A program made the translations under genes and the position numbers. The notes beneath the pieces are model-generated. The model worked only from the letters and a program-made list of their open reading frames with translations, was not told the origin of the DNA and did not search any database. Shown here piece by piece: positions 31,551-40,200 of a DNA stretch of 64,000 nt. Positions within the stretch are counted from its first letter, which is position 1, and every line of letters starts with the position of its first letter. This DNA is from Nitrospirota bacterium (GTDB lineage: Bacteria > Nitrospirota > Nitrospiria > Nitrospirales > Nitrospiraceae). Location: assembly GCA_026387665.1 (NCBI GenBank), contig JAPLLG010000011.1, positions 43,396 through 107,395 on the forward strand, written 5' to 3'.

Positions 31551-32672
31551 ATGACCTGGAATTGGCAACAAGAGAACTGGCCGAACTTCGTTTTTGAGAA
31601 GGAGGCTTTTGCGCCGAACGAAACCCGCTTCATCCATGAAGCAGGAATGCTTCATGGCGCCATAAAGCATCTCGCAGAGGAAGACCGAACACGGCTCACC
31701 ATCGACCTCATCAGCAACGAGGCCATCACCACCTCGGAGATCGAGGGGGAGATACTCAACCGCGACTCCGTGCAATCGTCGATTCGACGGAATTTCGGAT
31801 TGGATGCGGACAACAGAAAAATCCCTCCCGCCGAACAAGGCATTGCCGCCATGATGACCGACCTCTATCGTCACTCCAGCACTGCTCTCTCTGAAAACCA
31901 GTTGTTCGGTTGGCATGGCATGCTGATGCGTGGGCGGAAAGACCTGACCACTGTCGGCGCCTACCGAACCAGAGGGGACCCGATGCAGGTGGTTTCAGGC
32001 CCCATTGGAACTCCCAAGGTTCATTTCGAGGCGCCACCATCGCACAGAGTCCCGATGGAGATGAGCCGGTTTTTCGCCTGGTTCAACCACACGGCACCGG
32101 AGGGGCGGCAGCCGATGCCCGCACTCACGCGCGCCGGCATCGCGCACCTATACTTCGAGTCGATCCATCCTTTTGAAGACGGCAATGGGCGGATAGGGCG
32201 AGCACTGTCGGAAAAGGCCTTGTCCCAGAACTTGGGCCAGCCGACGCTCATCGCGCTATCCCATACGATCTGCCAGCACCGGAAGGCCTATTACACGGCC
32301 CTGGAGGACAATAACAAGTCATTGGACATTACCGACTGGCTGATCTATTTCACTCGAACCATTCTGGAAGCCCAGCGGCACACCCAGCGACTCATTGATT
32401 TTCTCATTGCCAAAACCAAGCTGTACGACCGCCTGCGGGGGCAGCTCAATGAACGGCAGGAAAAGGTGCTCGCACGTATGTTTCGGGAAGGACTGGAGGG
32501 ATTCAAAGGCGGGCTCAGTGCGGACAACTACCTCAAAATCACCAACACCTCCAGATCCACCGCCACCAGAGACTTGCAGGATCTTGTAGAGAAGGGTGCG
32601 TTCCGCAAAACCGGCGAACTGAAACACACCCGATACTGGCTGAATATGCTCAAAGAATCGAGCACGCGCTGA
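31551..32672 (+). CDS. Fic-family protein (AMPylase-type; Fic_N + Fic + C-terminal wHTH)
   Basis: HPFEDGNGRIGRAL catalytic motif. N-terminal MTWNWQ..NWPNF Fic_N-like start and an intramolecular TSEIEG inhibitory-helix motif. Lower GC than the flanks. Confidence 0.88.
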   Translation: MTWNWQQENWPNFVFEKEAFAPNETRFIHEAGMLHGAIKHLAEEDRTRLTIDLISNEAITTSEIEGEILNRDSVQSSIRRNFGLDADNRKIPPAEQGIAAMMTDLYRHSSTALSENQLFGWHGMLMRGRKDLTTVGAYRTRGDPMQVVSGPIGTPKVHFEAPPSHRVPMEMSRFFAWFNHTAPEGRQPMPALTRAGIAHLYFESIHPFEDGNGRIGRALSEKALSQNLGQPTLIALSHTICQHRKAYYTALEDNNKSLDITDWLIYFTRTILEAQRHTQRLIDFLIAKTKLYDRLRGQLNERQEKVLARMFREGLEGFKGGLSADNYLKITNTSRSTATRDLQDLVEKGAFRKTGELKHTRYWLNMLKESSTR

Positions 32673-32872
32673 TGGGGCAATGCATGGTGCGGGGCAATGC
32701 CAAAGACCTCGGCCTCTCGCCGCCCGACTCAGACGAGTTCATCTTCCTCGCCCGCCGCGTCGGCTACACGACCGACGACTGGCAGGCAGGAGCGAGACAT
32801 TTGCAGAGCGATATCGAGGAACATATAGGGAAGACGAGGGAGTTTTTCGAGAAGACGTTTTGGACGTTGTAA
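32672..32872 (+). pseudogene. duplicated 3' fragment of the glnE-like gene (displaced gene end)
   Basis: The last 62 codons match the C-terminus of 29179-31449 at 50 of 62 residues (hand count). The 189-bp repeat 32684-32872 corresponds to 31261-31449. The fragment's ATG overlaps the Fic stop (TGATG). Confidence 0.75.
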
Positions 32873-32937
32873 TTGTCAGATTAATTATAGAAAAGTAGCC
32901 TGTCACATATCACATTCGTAGCATTGGCTAATTAACT

Positions 32938-34488
32938 ATGGACAGGGGACAGGATTCAACAGTTTTCGAAGCATACAAACCGCTCCGCAATGCCCTTCGC
33001 AAACTTGACCTCGCAGATTCTCTCGCCGTACTCAACACCTACATGTCGCATCTGCAATTCAACCAGGATATTTCCAGGGGATGTGAAGTCCATAGAGACT
33101 ATTTAAACGCATCTCTGGCACAGAAACGTAGCTGGATATCCGAGTTTCACCTAGAAGCATTGTGCCGCGAACTTATCCTACACGCTAAAGATTCCGACAG
33201 GCCATCTGAATCTATTCGGCATTGGAAATTCCTGTCACGGGCGATGAGCCTTCTTAATCATTTAGAAGGATTAATTGCCAAGCGGATTAACACCCCGGAA
33301 TTATTGCTGCAAGAGATTCACAGAATGGCTCACCGTCAATTCCCTTGGCAGGAGTTTCGACCTACAAGTCCGATAATTACCCGATATCGAATGATATATG
33401 GACATCCTGCCCTAGCCCCTATCGTTCACTCCTCCATAGGTCTCCAACCTGAAGACCTATTTCTTCACGGCCTAAGTCTCTTGGGAAGCTTCATAGATAA
33501 ATTTGCCTTGCGCTATCCTCCCCAAATCCATATTCCTGGCGTTTCGCATGATGGAATCGAAAACTTCTTACTCCACTTCTCAAAGGACATTTCCAACCTC
33601 AGGTCTCTTTTGAAACAAGAGCAAGAAATGAACGACAGATTTTTTTACGCATACACATCTCTACGGGCATATCCAATAATCAGGATGAAATATGAAAAGC
33701 GTGATTGCCTCGTCTGCCCCGCACCAACGTTGCTTTTCTGGCGTTTTACGAGCGGCGTCTACTATGAGATTTACAAAAGTACAGGCTTTGAGAATGCCTT
33801 TGGCAAGGCCTTCCAGTGGTACACAGGCCAGGTGCTTGAAAAGGGAACGAAAACCGACAGAACTCGCATATACCCTGAAGAGGAGTATTCGGTGGGCAAG
33901 TTCAAGAAACAGACGGTGGACTGGAGACTGGAGCAAAAGAACGCCGTCCTCTTTATTGAGTGCAAGACGAAACGCATGACTCATGAAGCGAAGATTCAGC
34001 TCGGACATCACGATTCCCTTGCATCCGAATTGGACAAGATGGCAGCCATGATTGTGCAGGTCTATAAGGCCATCAAAGACTATCGCGAAGGGCGCTATCC
34101 AAACCATGCATTCGATCCTGGTCGCAAAATTTATCCCATGGTTGTAACGCTAGAAGATTGGTTCTTGATGGGGCCTACGGTCTTCAAGCACCTCGATGAG
34201 GAAGTCCGCAAACGAATGGATAAAGAGCGCGTTCCTCTCGACTTTCTAAACGAGATGCCCTTCACAGTCTGTTCGATGAATGAGTTTGAGCAAGCAGTCC
34301 AAGTCATGGACCATGCAGGAATTTCGACAGTTATGGGGAGTAAGATCCAACTGGAAACAAGGGACTGGACGCTATCAGCATACCTGCGTGAAAAATGTCA
34401 ACAATACTCTAGCTGCACCCAATTCCTTTTCGAAGATGAATTCAATGCTATTGGTGCCAAAGCAATTCGCGAATGGCAATCTGAATAA
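32938..34488 (+). CDS. hypothetical protein with C-terminal PD-(D/E)xK (restriction-endonuclease-like) motif
   Basis: 516 aa and clearly AT-richer than its surroundings. GFENAFGKAF...VDWRLEQKNAVLFIECKTK fits the E...D-x13-E-x-K nuclease core. The N-terminal ~330 aa are helical with no motif I recognise. Confidence 0.6.
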   Translation: MDRGQDSTVFEAYKPLRNALRKLDLADSLAVLNTYMSHLQFNQDISRGCEVHRDYLNASLAQKRSWISEFHLEALCRELILHAKDSDRPSESIRHWKFLSRAMSLLNHLEGLIAKRINTPELLLQEIHRMAHRQFPWQEFRPTSPIITRYRMIYGHPALAPIVHSSIGLQPEDLFLHGLSLLGSFIDKFALRYPPQIHIPGVSHDGIENFLLHFSKDISNLRSLLKQEQEMNDRFFYAYTSLRAYPIIRMKYEKRDCLVCPAPTLLFWRFTSGVYYEIYKSTGFENAFGKAFQWYTGQVLEKGTKTDRTRIYPEEEYSVGKFKKQTVDWRLEQKNAVLFIECKTKRMTHEAKIQLGHHDSLASELDKMAAMIVQVYKAIKDYREGRYPNHAFDPGRKIYPMVVTLEDWFLMGPTVFKHLDEEVRKRMDKERVPLDFLNEMPFTVCSMNEFEQAVQVMDHAGISTVMGSKIQLETRDWTLSAYLREKCQQYSSCTQFLFEDEFNAIGAKAIREWQSE

Positions 34489-34666
34489 CAAACGGCGTGG
34501 GGGAAGAAAATGGAGCCAAGAAATGGGGACAGGCACTTTTCGCTTACGGCCACTTTCGATTCGGAAGCCTTTTTAAAAGTGACAGGCCCTTCATGCACGG
34601 CGTATATGTTGTCCAGGCGATCAAACATCGACAGGGCCTTGGGAAATCGACGGAGACAGCGAACTC

Positions 34667-35158
34667 ATGATTGAAATCTATACGGATGGCGCCTGTAGCG
34701 GTAATCCTGGGCCTGGCGGATGGGGCGCTTTGCTGCGCATCAGCCAGATCGAAACGGAGCTCTGCGGTGGCGAGCCTGCTACCACGAACAATCGCATGGA
34801 GCTGCTGGCCGTGATTGAGGCCCTGCAGTCGCTCACGGAGCCGGTGGAAGCGCAGGTCTACACCGATTCGCAGTATGTGCAAAAGGGCATCAGCGAATGG
34901 ATCCACAACTGGAAGCTGCGCGGCTGGAAAACGGCGAGCAAAGAGCCAGTCAAGAATGCAGATTTGTGGCGGCGCCTGGATGTCTTAGCTGCCGGCCATA
35001 CCATCGAATGGCGATGGGTCAAGGGCCATGCGGGCCACCCGGACAACGAACGGGCAGATGCCCTGGCCCGCGCTGGCCTGGAACAGGCGCGCCAATCAGG
35101 CAAGGCCATCGGCGGCACCGTCAAAGAAGAAAACAACTGGACCGGCAGTCTTTTCTGA
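34667..35158 (+). CDS. rnhA: ribonuclease HI
   Basis: [15 protein letters not shown]...TNNRMEL...TDS.Y...W......H.GH..NE.AD canonical RNase H motifs. Confidence 0.92.
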   Translation: MIEIYTDGACSGNPGPGGWGALLRISQIETELCGGEPATTNNRMELLAVIEALQSLTEPVEAQVYTDSQYVQKGISEWIHNWKLRGWKTASKEPVKNADLWRRLDVLAAGHTIEWRWVKGHAGHPDNERADALARAGLEQARQSGKAIGGTVKEENNWTGSLF

Positions 35159-35244
35159 TTGCTCGGCGTGATGAAGTGCTAACCGTCCCGGTTGGCAGAG
35201 TGCTGGTGATGGGACGAAAGAACATATGCTGACGGTTGGGACTT

Positions 35245-35466
35245 CTAGGCTTCGAATGCTGTGCGTGCGACGCCACTTTGGCGAATGATCGACTGGAGGG
35301 TTCCGATCCTAATCTCTGAATGGTCTGGAACGGGCACTGTCGCCGTCCCAAAATCGCTTCGCCGTTGCATGACAATGTGGCTTCCACGCTGCCGAACGAC
35401 TTGAAATCCATGTTGCTCGAGAATGCGGCAGACATCCCGTCCGGAGAGGACGCGGAGCCTACCCAT
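35245..35466 (-). CDS. hicA: HicA-family mRNA interferase toxin
   Basis: 74 aa from ATG 35466 (LSGRDVCRILEQHGFQVVRQRGSHIVM). Overlaps hicB by 8 nt. Confidence 0.8.
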   Translation of the reverse strand: MGRLRVLSGRDVCRILEQHGFQVVRQRGSHIVMQRRSDFGTATVPVPDHSEIRIGTLQSIIRQSGVARTAFEA

Positions 35467-35683
35467 GTGCCGCTTCGAATCGGGTGACGAACACCTGCGT
35501 ATGAAGCCGACGTTCGACTTCTGCAGGATCGGCACACTCGAGAAATAACTCGACGGCCTCTTTGAGATTGGCCGTGGCTGACTCGACCGTGTCGCCCTGG
35601 CTGGACACATCAAGCTCAGGACAGAGAGAGACGTAACCCGTCCCCTCCTTCTCAACAATCGCCGTATAGCTTGTCGTTGCCAT
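35459..35683 (-). CDS. hicB: HicB-family antitoxin (UPF0150-type)
   Basis: 74 aa. YTAIVEKEGTGYVSLCPELDVSSQGDTVESATANLKEAVELFLE is typical of short HicB proteins. Confidence 0.8.
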   Translation of the reverse strand: MATTSYTAIVEKEGTGYVSLCPELDVSSQGDTVESATANLKEAVELFLECADPAEVERRLHTQVFVTRFEAAHG

Positions 35684-35981
35684 GATTATCCTGTGCCTTC
35701 CTTGGCCCTACGGTTAAACGTGGGTTCATTATAGTTGAATTTTGTGGTGTTGCCTAGCATCGGGTGGAAGACCAACTTGCCCCGGCTACCTCCCTACACC
35801 TCTATTCAAGGGAGTGGCCAAGGCTGCCCTTTACTGCGCACGTCCTCCTCAATCTCGTGAAACGGACCTCGTGAAGCGTATCTCGTTTCGAATTCGGACG
35901 CTTCACGCTTCACGATAGACAAACGACGCTGAAGGCTGCGCGTGTCCGCCGTGGACTCTCCTCCATCCTACTGCCCGCCAA

Positions 35982-36074
35982 GCAAGGACGTGAGGAGCTT
36001 TTGACTGCGGCCGTCGAGCGAGGCCCTTCTGAGGTGCGCGCTCCGGGAGCAAAGAAATCTCCTCACGCCCTTGC
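35982..36074 (-). repeat. long inverted repeat / 3' hairpin after nirA
   Basis: GCAAGGACGTGAGGAG (35982-35997) against CTCCTCACGCCCTTGC (36059-36074). The single mismatch is a G.U pair only in the minus-sense RNA. Lies 10 nt downstream of the nirA stop. No U-run. Confidence 0.55.
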
Positions 36075-36083
36075 GCTCACCAA

Positions 36084-37643
36084 CTAGGCCACCGTGGCGT
36101 TCGGCACCTGATTGCTAGCCGCAGGCTTCTTGGCCCCTCCCCTCACCCGATGCATCTTCTCTCTCGCGTGATAAGGCACGAGCCCTTCCAGCACCATCGG
36201 CAGCCTGTCGCAGGGCACATCCTCCATGATCTTGACCGCCAGCTTCGGATCTGGCCCTGAGCGGCCTCCCACATAGATATCGACGGCATCGACCACCTTG
36301 CCATCCACCTTGGCCTTCTTGCCCAAGAGCCCAATATCCGCCACGAGGTGATTCCCGCAGGCAGCGGGGCAGCCGGACCAATGCATGGTGATCGGCTTGA
36401 GTGTGCTACCCAACCGAGCCTCCAGCGCCTTCGCCGTCTCCACCGCCCGGCTCTTCGTTTCGATGACCGCCAGGTTGCAGTAGTCGCTGCCGACGCAACT
36501 CACCAGCCCCTTGTAGACCGGCGAGGGGTTATAGGCGAATTGCTTCACCAGCGGCTCCCGATCCAGATCGCCGATCTTCCGATCTGACACGTTCGTGATG
36601 ATCAGGGCCTGCGCCGGGGAAATCCTGACCTCCCCTGTTCCATACTTCTCTGCTAAGGCTGCAATCTTGGCCAGGTCATCGTGTGTGATACGGCCTACCA
36701 AGACCTTGAGCCCCACATAGTTCATGCCCGGTTGTCTTTGCCGATAGATGCCGATATGACTCTTCTCAACTGTTTTTCGCGCATCGAGACCGGCCGGCGA
36801 CAGTTTCTTTCCTATTCGCGTTTCCACTTCTTCCCGGAACCGGCTTTCGCCCCATTCCTCCAGCAAGAAGGCCAGCCTCGCTTGGGTCCGATTCTCTCTC
36901 GATCCATGCTCCCGGAATATTTCAATGATTGCGCGACTCACGGCCAAGACGTCCCCCTCGGTCACAAAGATATCCAGCGGTGTGGCGATCCGATAGCCGC
37001 CAGACCCGAGCTTGCCTCCTGCCAACAGGTTGTACCCAACTCTCTTGCCGTGACCATCGTCGTGAGTGGCCGGCACAAGGGCCAGGTCCTGGGTTTCCAT
37101 ATGGATGCAGTTGTCCGGACAGCCTGTGACCGCCACGTTGAATTTTCGCGGCAGGTTCGAATAGGCAGCATTGCCCAGGATCTCATCGTTGATGGCCCGC
37201 ACGAGTGGCGTCGCATCCGACACTTCGTCAGGACTCAGCCCGGCGACAGGACAGGTCATGACGTTTCGCACGTTGTCCATGCCGGTCTGGAGAGAGGTCA
37301 GCCCCACCTCCTCCATCTTGGCAAAGACAGCCGGCACGTCGTCAATCTTGATCTGCCGGAGCTGTATTTGTTGCCTCGTCGTGAGGTCCAGAACGCCGTT
37401 GCCATAGGTCCCGGCGATGGCAGCCAGCGCCTTCAATTGATACGAGCCGGTCTTGCCGCCCGGTATCCGCACCCGGATCATGAAAAATCCCGGCGTGGGA
37501 TTCCTCAGAAAGAGGCCATACCACTTCAGGCGCTGGACATCGTCCTCAGGGATCGATTCCCATCCCGTTTTGGCATAGTGAGCGATCATGTCTTTCACCG
37601 CCAACCCGTCGCGAACCGTTTTGAGGGCCTCGATTTTGTTCAT
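36084..37643 (-). CDS. nirA: ferredoxin-nitrite reductase (assimilatory, sirohaem/4Fe-4S)
   Basis: 519 aa from ATG 37643 (MNKIEALK...). NirA/SiR repeats with Cys clusters (TGCPDNC; SCVGSDYCNLA; SGCPAACG). The start overlaps the upstream ORF's stop (ATGA). Confidence 0.9.
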   Translation of the reverse strand: MNKIEALKTVRDGLAVKDMIAHYAKTGWESIPEDDVQRLKWYGLFLRNPTPGFFMIRVRIPGGKTGSYQLKALAAIAGTYGNGVLDLTTRQQIQLRQIKIDDVPAVFAKMEEVGLTSLQTGMDNVRNVMTCPVAGLSPDEVSDATPLVRAINDEILGNAAYSNLPRKFNVAVTGCPDNCIHMETQDLALVPATHDDGHGKRVGYNLLAGGKLGSGGYRIATPLDIFVTEGDVLAVSRAIIEIFREHGSRENRTQARLAFLLEEWGESRFREEVETRIGKKLSPAGLDARKTVEKSHIGIYRQRQPGMNYVGLKVLVGRITHDDLAKIAALAEKYGTGEVRISPAQALIITNVSDRKIGDLDREPLVKQFAYNPSPVYKGLVSCVGSDYCNLAVIETKSRAVETAKALEARLGSTLKPITMHWSGCPAACGNHLVADIGLLGKKAKVDGKVVDAVDIYVGGRSGPDPKLAVKIMEDVPCDRLPMVLEGLVPYHAREKMHRVRGGAKKPAASNQVPNATVA

Positions 37644-37858
37644 GTTCCTTTCTCCAATGCCACTCGATAGTCGACCCTGTTTCTCTTGAGCACCACGAAG
37701 CCGGCGCGATTGAGGCGATCGATGATTGAAAAGACCGTAACCCAATCCAAGCCAGGCAACCGGGTCAAGTCTTCGAGCGAACTCGCGCCGCACTCACGCA
37801 GCCGTTGTACCACACGATCCTCGTTCGACATCACAGCATGATCAATCATGGTCCCCAT
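37640..37858 (-). CDS. small winged-helix-like protein (hypothetical)
   Basis: 72 aa. The pattern V..L...G..SLEDL......D...V..II..L...G.V resembles FeoC/ArsR-size wHTH domains. Translationally coupled to nirA. Confidence 0.5.
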   Translation of the reverse strand: MGTMIDHAVMSNEDRVVQRLRECGASSLEDLTRLPGLDWVTVFSIIDRLNRAGFVVLKRNRVDYRVALEKGT

Positions 37859-37888
37859 GGCTCCCTCCCTCCTGTTCGACTCCGGTGA

Positions 37889-38716
37889 TCAGCAGGCCTC
37901 CCGTGCCGGAATGGCACGCGGCAGTTCTCTTGCCTCTGCCTGATTAACGGTATAGGGGCTCGCCAGCCAGTACAGACCACCGACGAACAGCCCGCCACCC
38001 ACGATGTTTCCCACTACGACATAAAACTGGTTGTACCAGTAGCCTGTCCAGCTAACAGCGGGCACGTGGGGGAGAAACAGCGCCATGCCAAGGAGCGATT
38101 GGTTGGCGACACTATGCTCGAATCCAGTGCCGATAAAGGCGAACAGGCACCAGAAGATCAGCATGATCTTGGCCGCATCGTTCGTCGTCCGCCCGGAAGT
38201 CCAGACAGCCAGGCAGACGAGCCAGTTGCACAGAAGACCCCGGAGAAACAGCTCCCACGCCGGCAGCGACATCTTCATGGCCGCCACGTTTCCAATCAGC
38301 TCGGCCTGCGGTCCCTTGGACAGGACGCCCGATTGGACGACCAGCCAGGCCAGCGCCAGCGAGCCGACGAGATTGCCGAACCAGGACCAGACGTTGAGCC
38401 GCACCACTTGGGTCCAGGTGAGGCTGCGCGACAGCCCGCCGATGACTCCGGTCATGTTGTTGCCGGTAAACAATTCCGATCCGGCGAAGATCACCAGGGT
38501 GAGGGCGATCCCGAACGACACGCCCATCACCAGCTTCAGTACCGGCGATCCAGCCGTGGCCAACGGCCCGCCGACACTGAAAATCAACGCGATGCCGAAT
38601 CCCACATAGACGCCAGCCAAAGCCGAGAGAATGAGGTAGCGTGACAGCGAAACCTTCAGAAACCGATGTTTCTTCGCCGCCAACGATGCAATCCGCTCGT
38701 GATCCGTCGTATACAT
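37889..38716 (-). CDS. formate/nitrite transporter family channel (NirC/FocA-like)
   Basis: FNT-like six-TM sequence (GAELFTGN..., FEHSVAN). ATG 38716 is preceded by AAGGAGGAG, and the track start at 38734 lies upstream of that RBS. Confidence 0.85.
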   Translation of the reverse strand: MYTTDHERIASLAAKKHRFLKVSLSRYLILSALAGVYVGFGIALIFSVGGPLATAGSPVLKLVMGVSFGIALTLVIFAGSELFTGNNMTGVIGGLSRSLTWTQVVRLNVWSWFGNLVGSLALAWLVVQSGVLSKGPQAELIGNVAAMKMSLPAWELFLRGLLCNWLVCLAVWTSGRTTNDAAKIMLIFWCLFAFIGTGFEHSVANQSLLGMALFLPHVPAVSWTGYWYNQFYVVVGNIVGGGLFVGGLYWLASPYTVNQAEARELPRAIPAREAC

Positions 38717-38744
38717 CGACTCCTCCTTTGTCATCGCTAGAATC

Positions 38745-38845
38745 CCAAAAACACAACGGCGCCCGTCTTCCCGAATAGGAGACGGACGCCGTTGTCCGCG
38801 TTACATCGCTCTCTGTTCTTACGCGGCGAGAACGCCGTTGTTCCC
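38745..38845 (-). promoter_or_regulatory. ANTAR-type antiterminator/terminator leader 1 (before FNT-wHTH-nirA)
   Basis: Minus sense. P1 is GGGAAC-AACGGC-GUUCUC (38828-38845), followed by a 28-nt linker. P2 is GCGGAC-AACGGC-GUCCGU (38782-38799). The terminator ACAACGGCGUCCGU...ACGGGCGCCGUUGU + GUUUUUGGG (38745-38795) reuses the loop and 3' arm of P2. Confidence 0.7.
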
Positions 38846-38865
38846 GAACCAGACCCCGACTGGAA

Positions 38866-39306
38866 CTAGAAGGTCTTGTACTCCAGCCACTTCCCGTTCA
38901 GCGTAATTTTGCAGCGGGCTTCGCCCTGGCTGCCGGTCACCTTTTCCATGTCGAGCGTAAAGTCGATTGCGCTCATGATGCCATCGCCGAACATTTCGTT
39001 CGCCTGCTCGCGCATCGAGTCTCCATACACCCCGATGATCTCCATCAAGCGATACTTGAACGGATCGGTCGCATTCGGGAAATCGGTGCGAACCGGGAAT
39101 TTGCTCAGCGACGCGGTGAGCTCTGCATCCAGCCCCAACAGATCGCCAACTTTCTTCGCGTCCTCAGCCGGCAGCTTGTGGGTTCCCTGCAACACCGCGG
39201 CGACGAACGTGGGATTTCGCCCGACCACTTTGGCCACCTCCGCGATCGTCACCTTCTTCTCCAACCGCTTGGCTTTAATCGCGTCCTTCGGCTTCTTCGC
39301 TTCCAT
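38866..39306 (-). CDS. cynS: cyanase (cyanate hydratase)
   Basis: CynS-like: N-terminal HTH-like half and conserved C-terminal catalytic half. ATG 39306 is preceded by AAGGAGGAG. Confidence 0.9.
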   Translation of the reverse strand: MEAKKPKDAIKAKRLEKKVTIAEVAKVVGRNPTFVAAVLQGTHKLPAEDAKKVGDLLGLDAELTASLSKFPVRTDFPNATDPFKYRLMEIIGVYGDSMREQANEMFGDGIMSAIDFTLDMEKVTGSQGEARCKITLNGKWLEYKTF

Positions 39307-39348
39307 CACATGCTCCTCCTTTGTTGATACCTGCCGACCATTGCTATT

Positions 39349-40197
39349 TCAGAACCTCACGACGAGCGGCTCAGCTGCTGGCGACTCCCCCTGCACACCC
39401 CTCTCACTCGCCACTCCGTGCGCGGCATGACGGACGAGAAAATGAATCACATGGTTCCTGATCTTGTAGTAGTGGGGATGTTCGATGACCGTATCTCTCG
39501 ACCTGGGGCGAGGGATCGTCACATCCACAATTTCCGCGACGCGCGATGAAGGCCCGTTCGTCATGAGCATGATGCGGTCGGACAAGAGAATGGCCTCGTC
39601 CACATCGTGCGTGACCATGAATACCGTGTTGCGCGTGGCATTCCACATCTGGACCAACTCCTCTTGAATGACTCCTCTGGTGAGCGCATCGATCTGGGCA
39701 AAGGGCTCATCCAGCAACAACACCTTGGGCTCGATTGAAAAGGCCCTGGCGAGACCGACTCGCTGCTTCATGCCCCCCGATAGGGCGATAGGCCGCTTAT
39801 CCTCAGCCCCCTTGAGGCCGACTAACGCAATGTACTTGTGCACATGCGCGACCACCTCTTCGTGCCCCCAATCCTGGTAGGCTGACCGGACAGCCAGAGC
39901 GATGTTCTCGAACACCGTCATCCAGGGCATGAGAGCAAAATTCTGGAAGACCACCATCCGGTCCAATCCGGGCCCTGACACCTCACGCCCATTCAAGATC
40001 ACTCCCCCTTCCGACAGGGTTTCCAACCCGGCGATGATGTTGAGCAGGGTGCTCTTGCCGCATCCCGAATGGCCGATCACGGTGACGAACTCGCCCTTAT
40101 CGACTTTCAAGGTCACGTCTTTGAAGATACAGACCTCTCCGCTTCCAGCATGACCGGGAAAAAACTTGCTCACATGGTCGACGACAAGAAATGACAT
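39349..40197 (-). CDS. ABC transporter ATP-binding protein (NrtC/CynD/SsuB-type)
   Basis: Walker A GHSGCGKST, ABC signature LSGGMKQR, Walker B LLLDEPF. Confidence 0.88.
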   Translation of the reverse strand: MSFLVVDHVSKFFPGHAGSGEVCIFKDVTLKVDKGEFVTVIGHSGCGKSTLLNIIAGLETLSEGGVILNGREVSGPGLDRMVVFQNFALMPWMTVFENIALAVRSAYQDWGHEEVVAHVHKYIALVGLKGAEDKRPIALSGGMKQRVGLARAFSIEPKVLLLDEPFAQIDALTRGVIQEELVQMWNATRNTVFMVTHDVDEAILLSDRIMLMTNGPSSRVAEIVDVTIPRPRSRDTVIEHPHYYKIRNHVIHFLVRHAAHGVASERGVQGESPAAEPLVVRF

Positions 40198-40200
40198 GGG

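Noticed and set aside
32672-32872. The idea that the 66-aa ORF coupled to Fic is a FicA/VbhA-type antitoxin, because it contains SDIEEH, reminiscent of (S/T)xxxE(G/N).
   Set aside because: The final residue is H, not G or N. The same string exists in the parental glnE-like C-terminus. The Fic protein already carries its own TSEIEG inhibitory motif. A displaced gene end is the simpler explanation.
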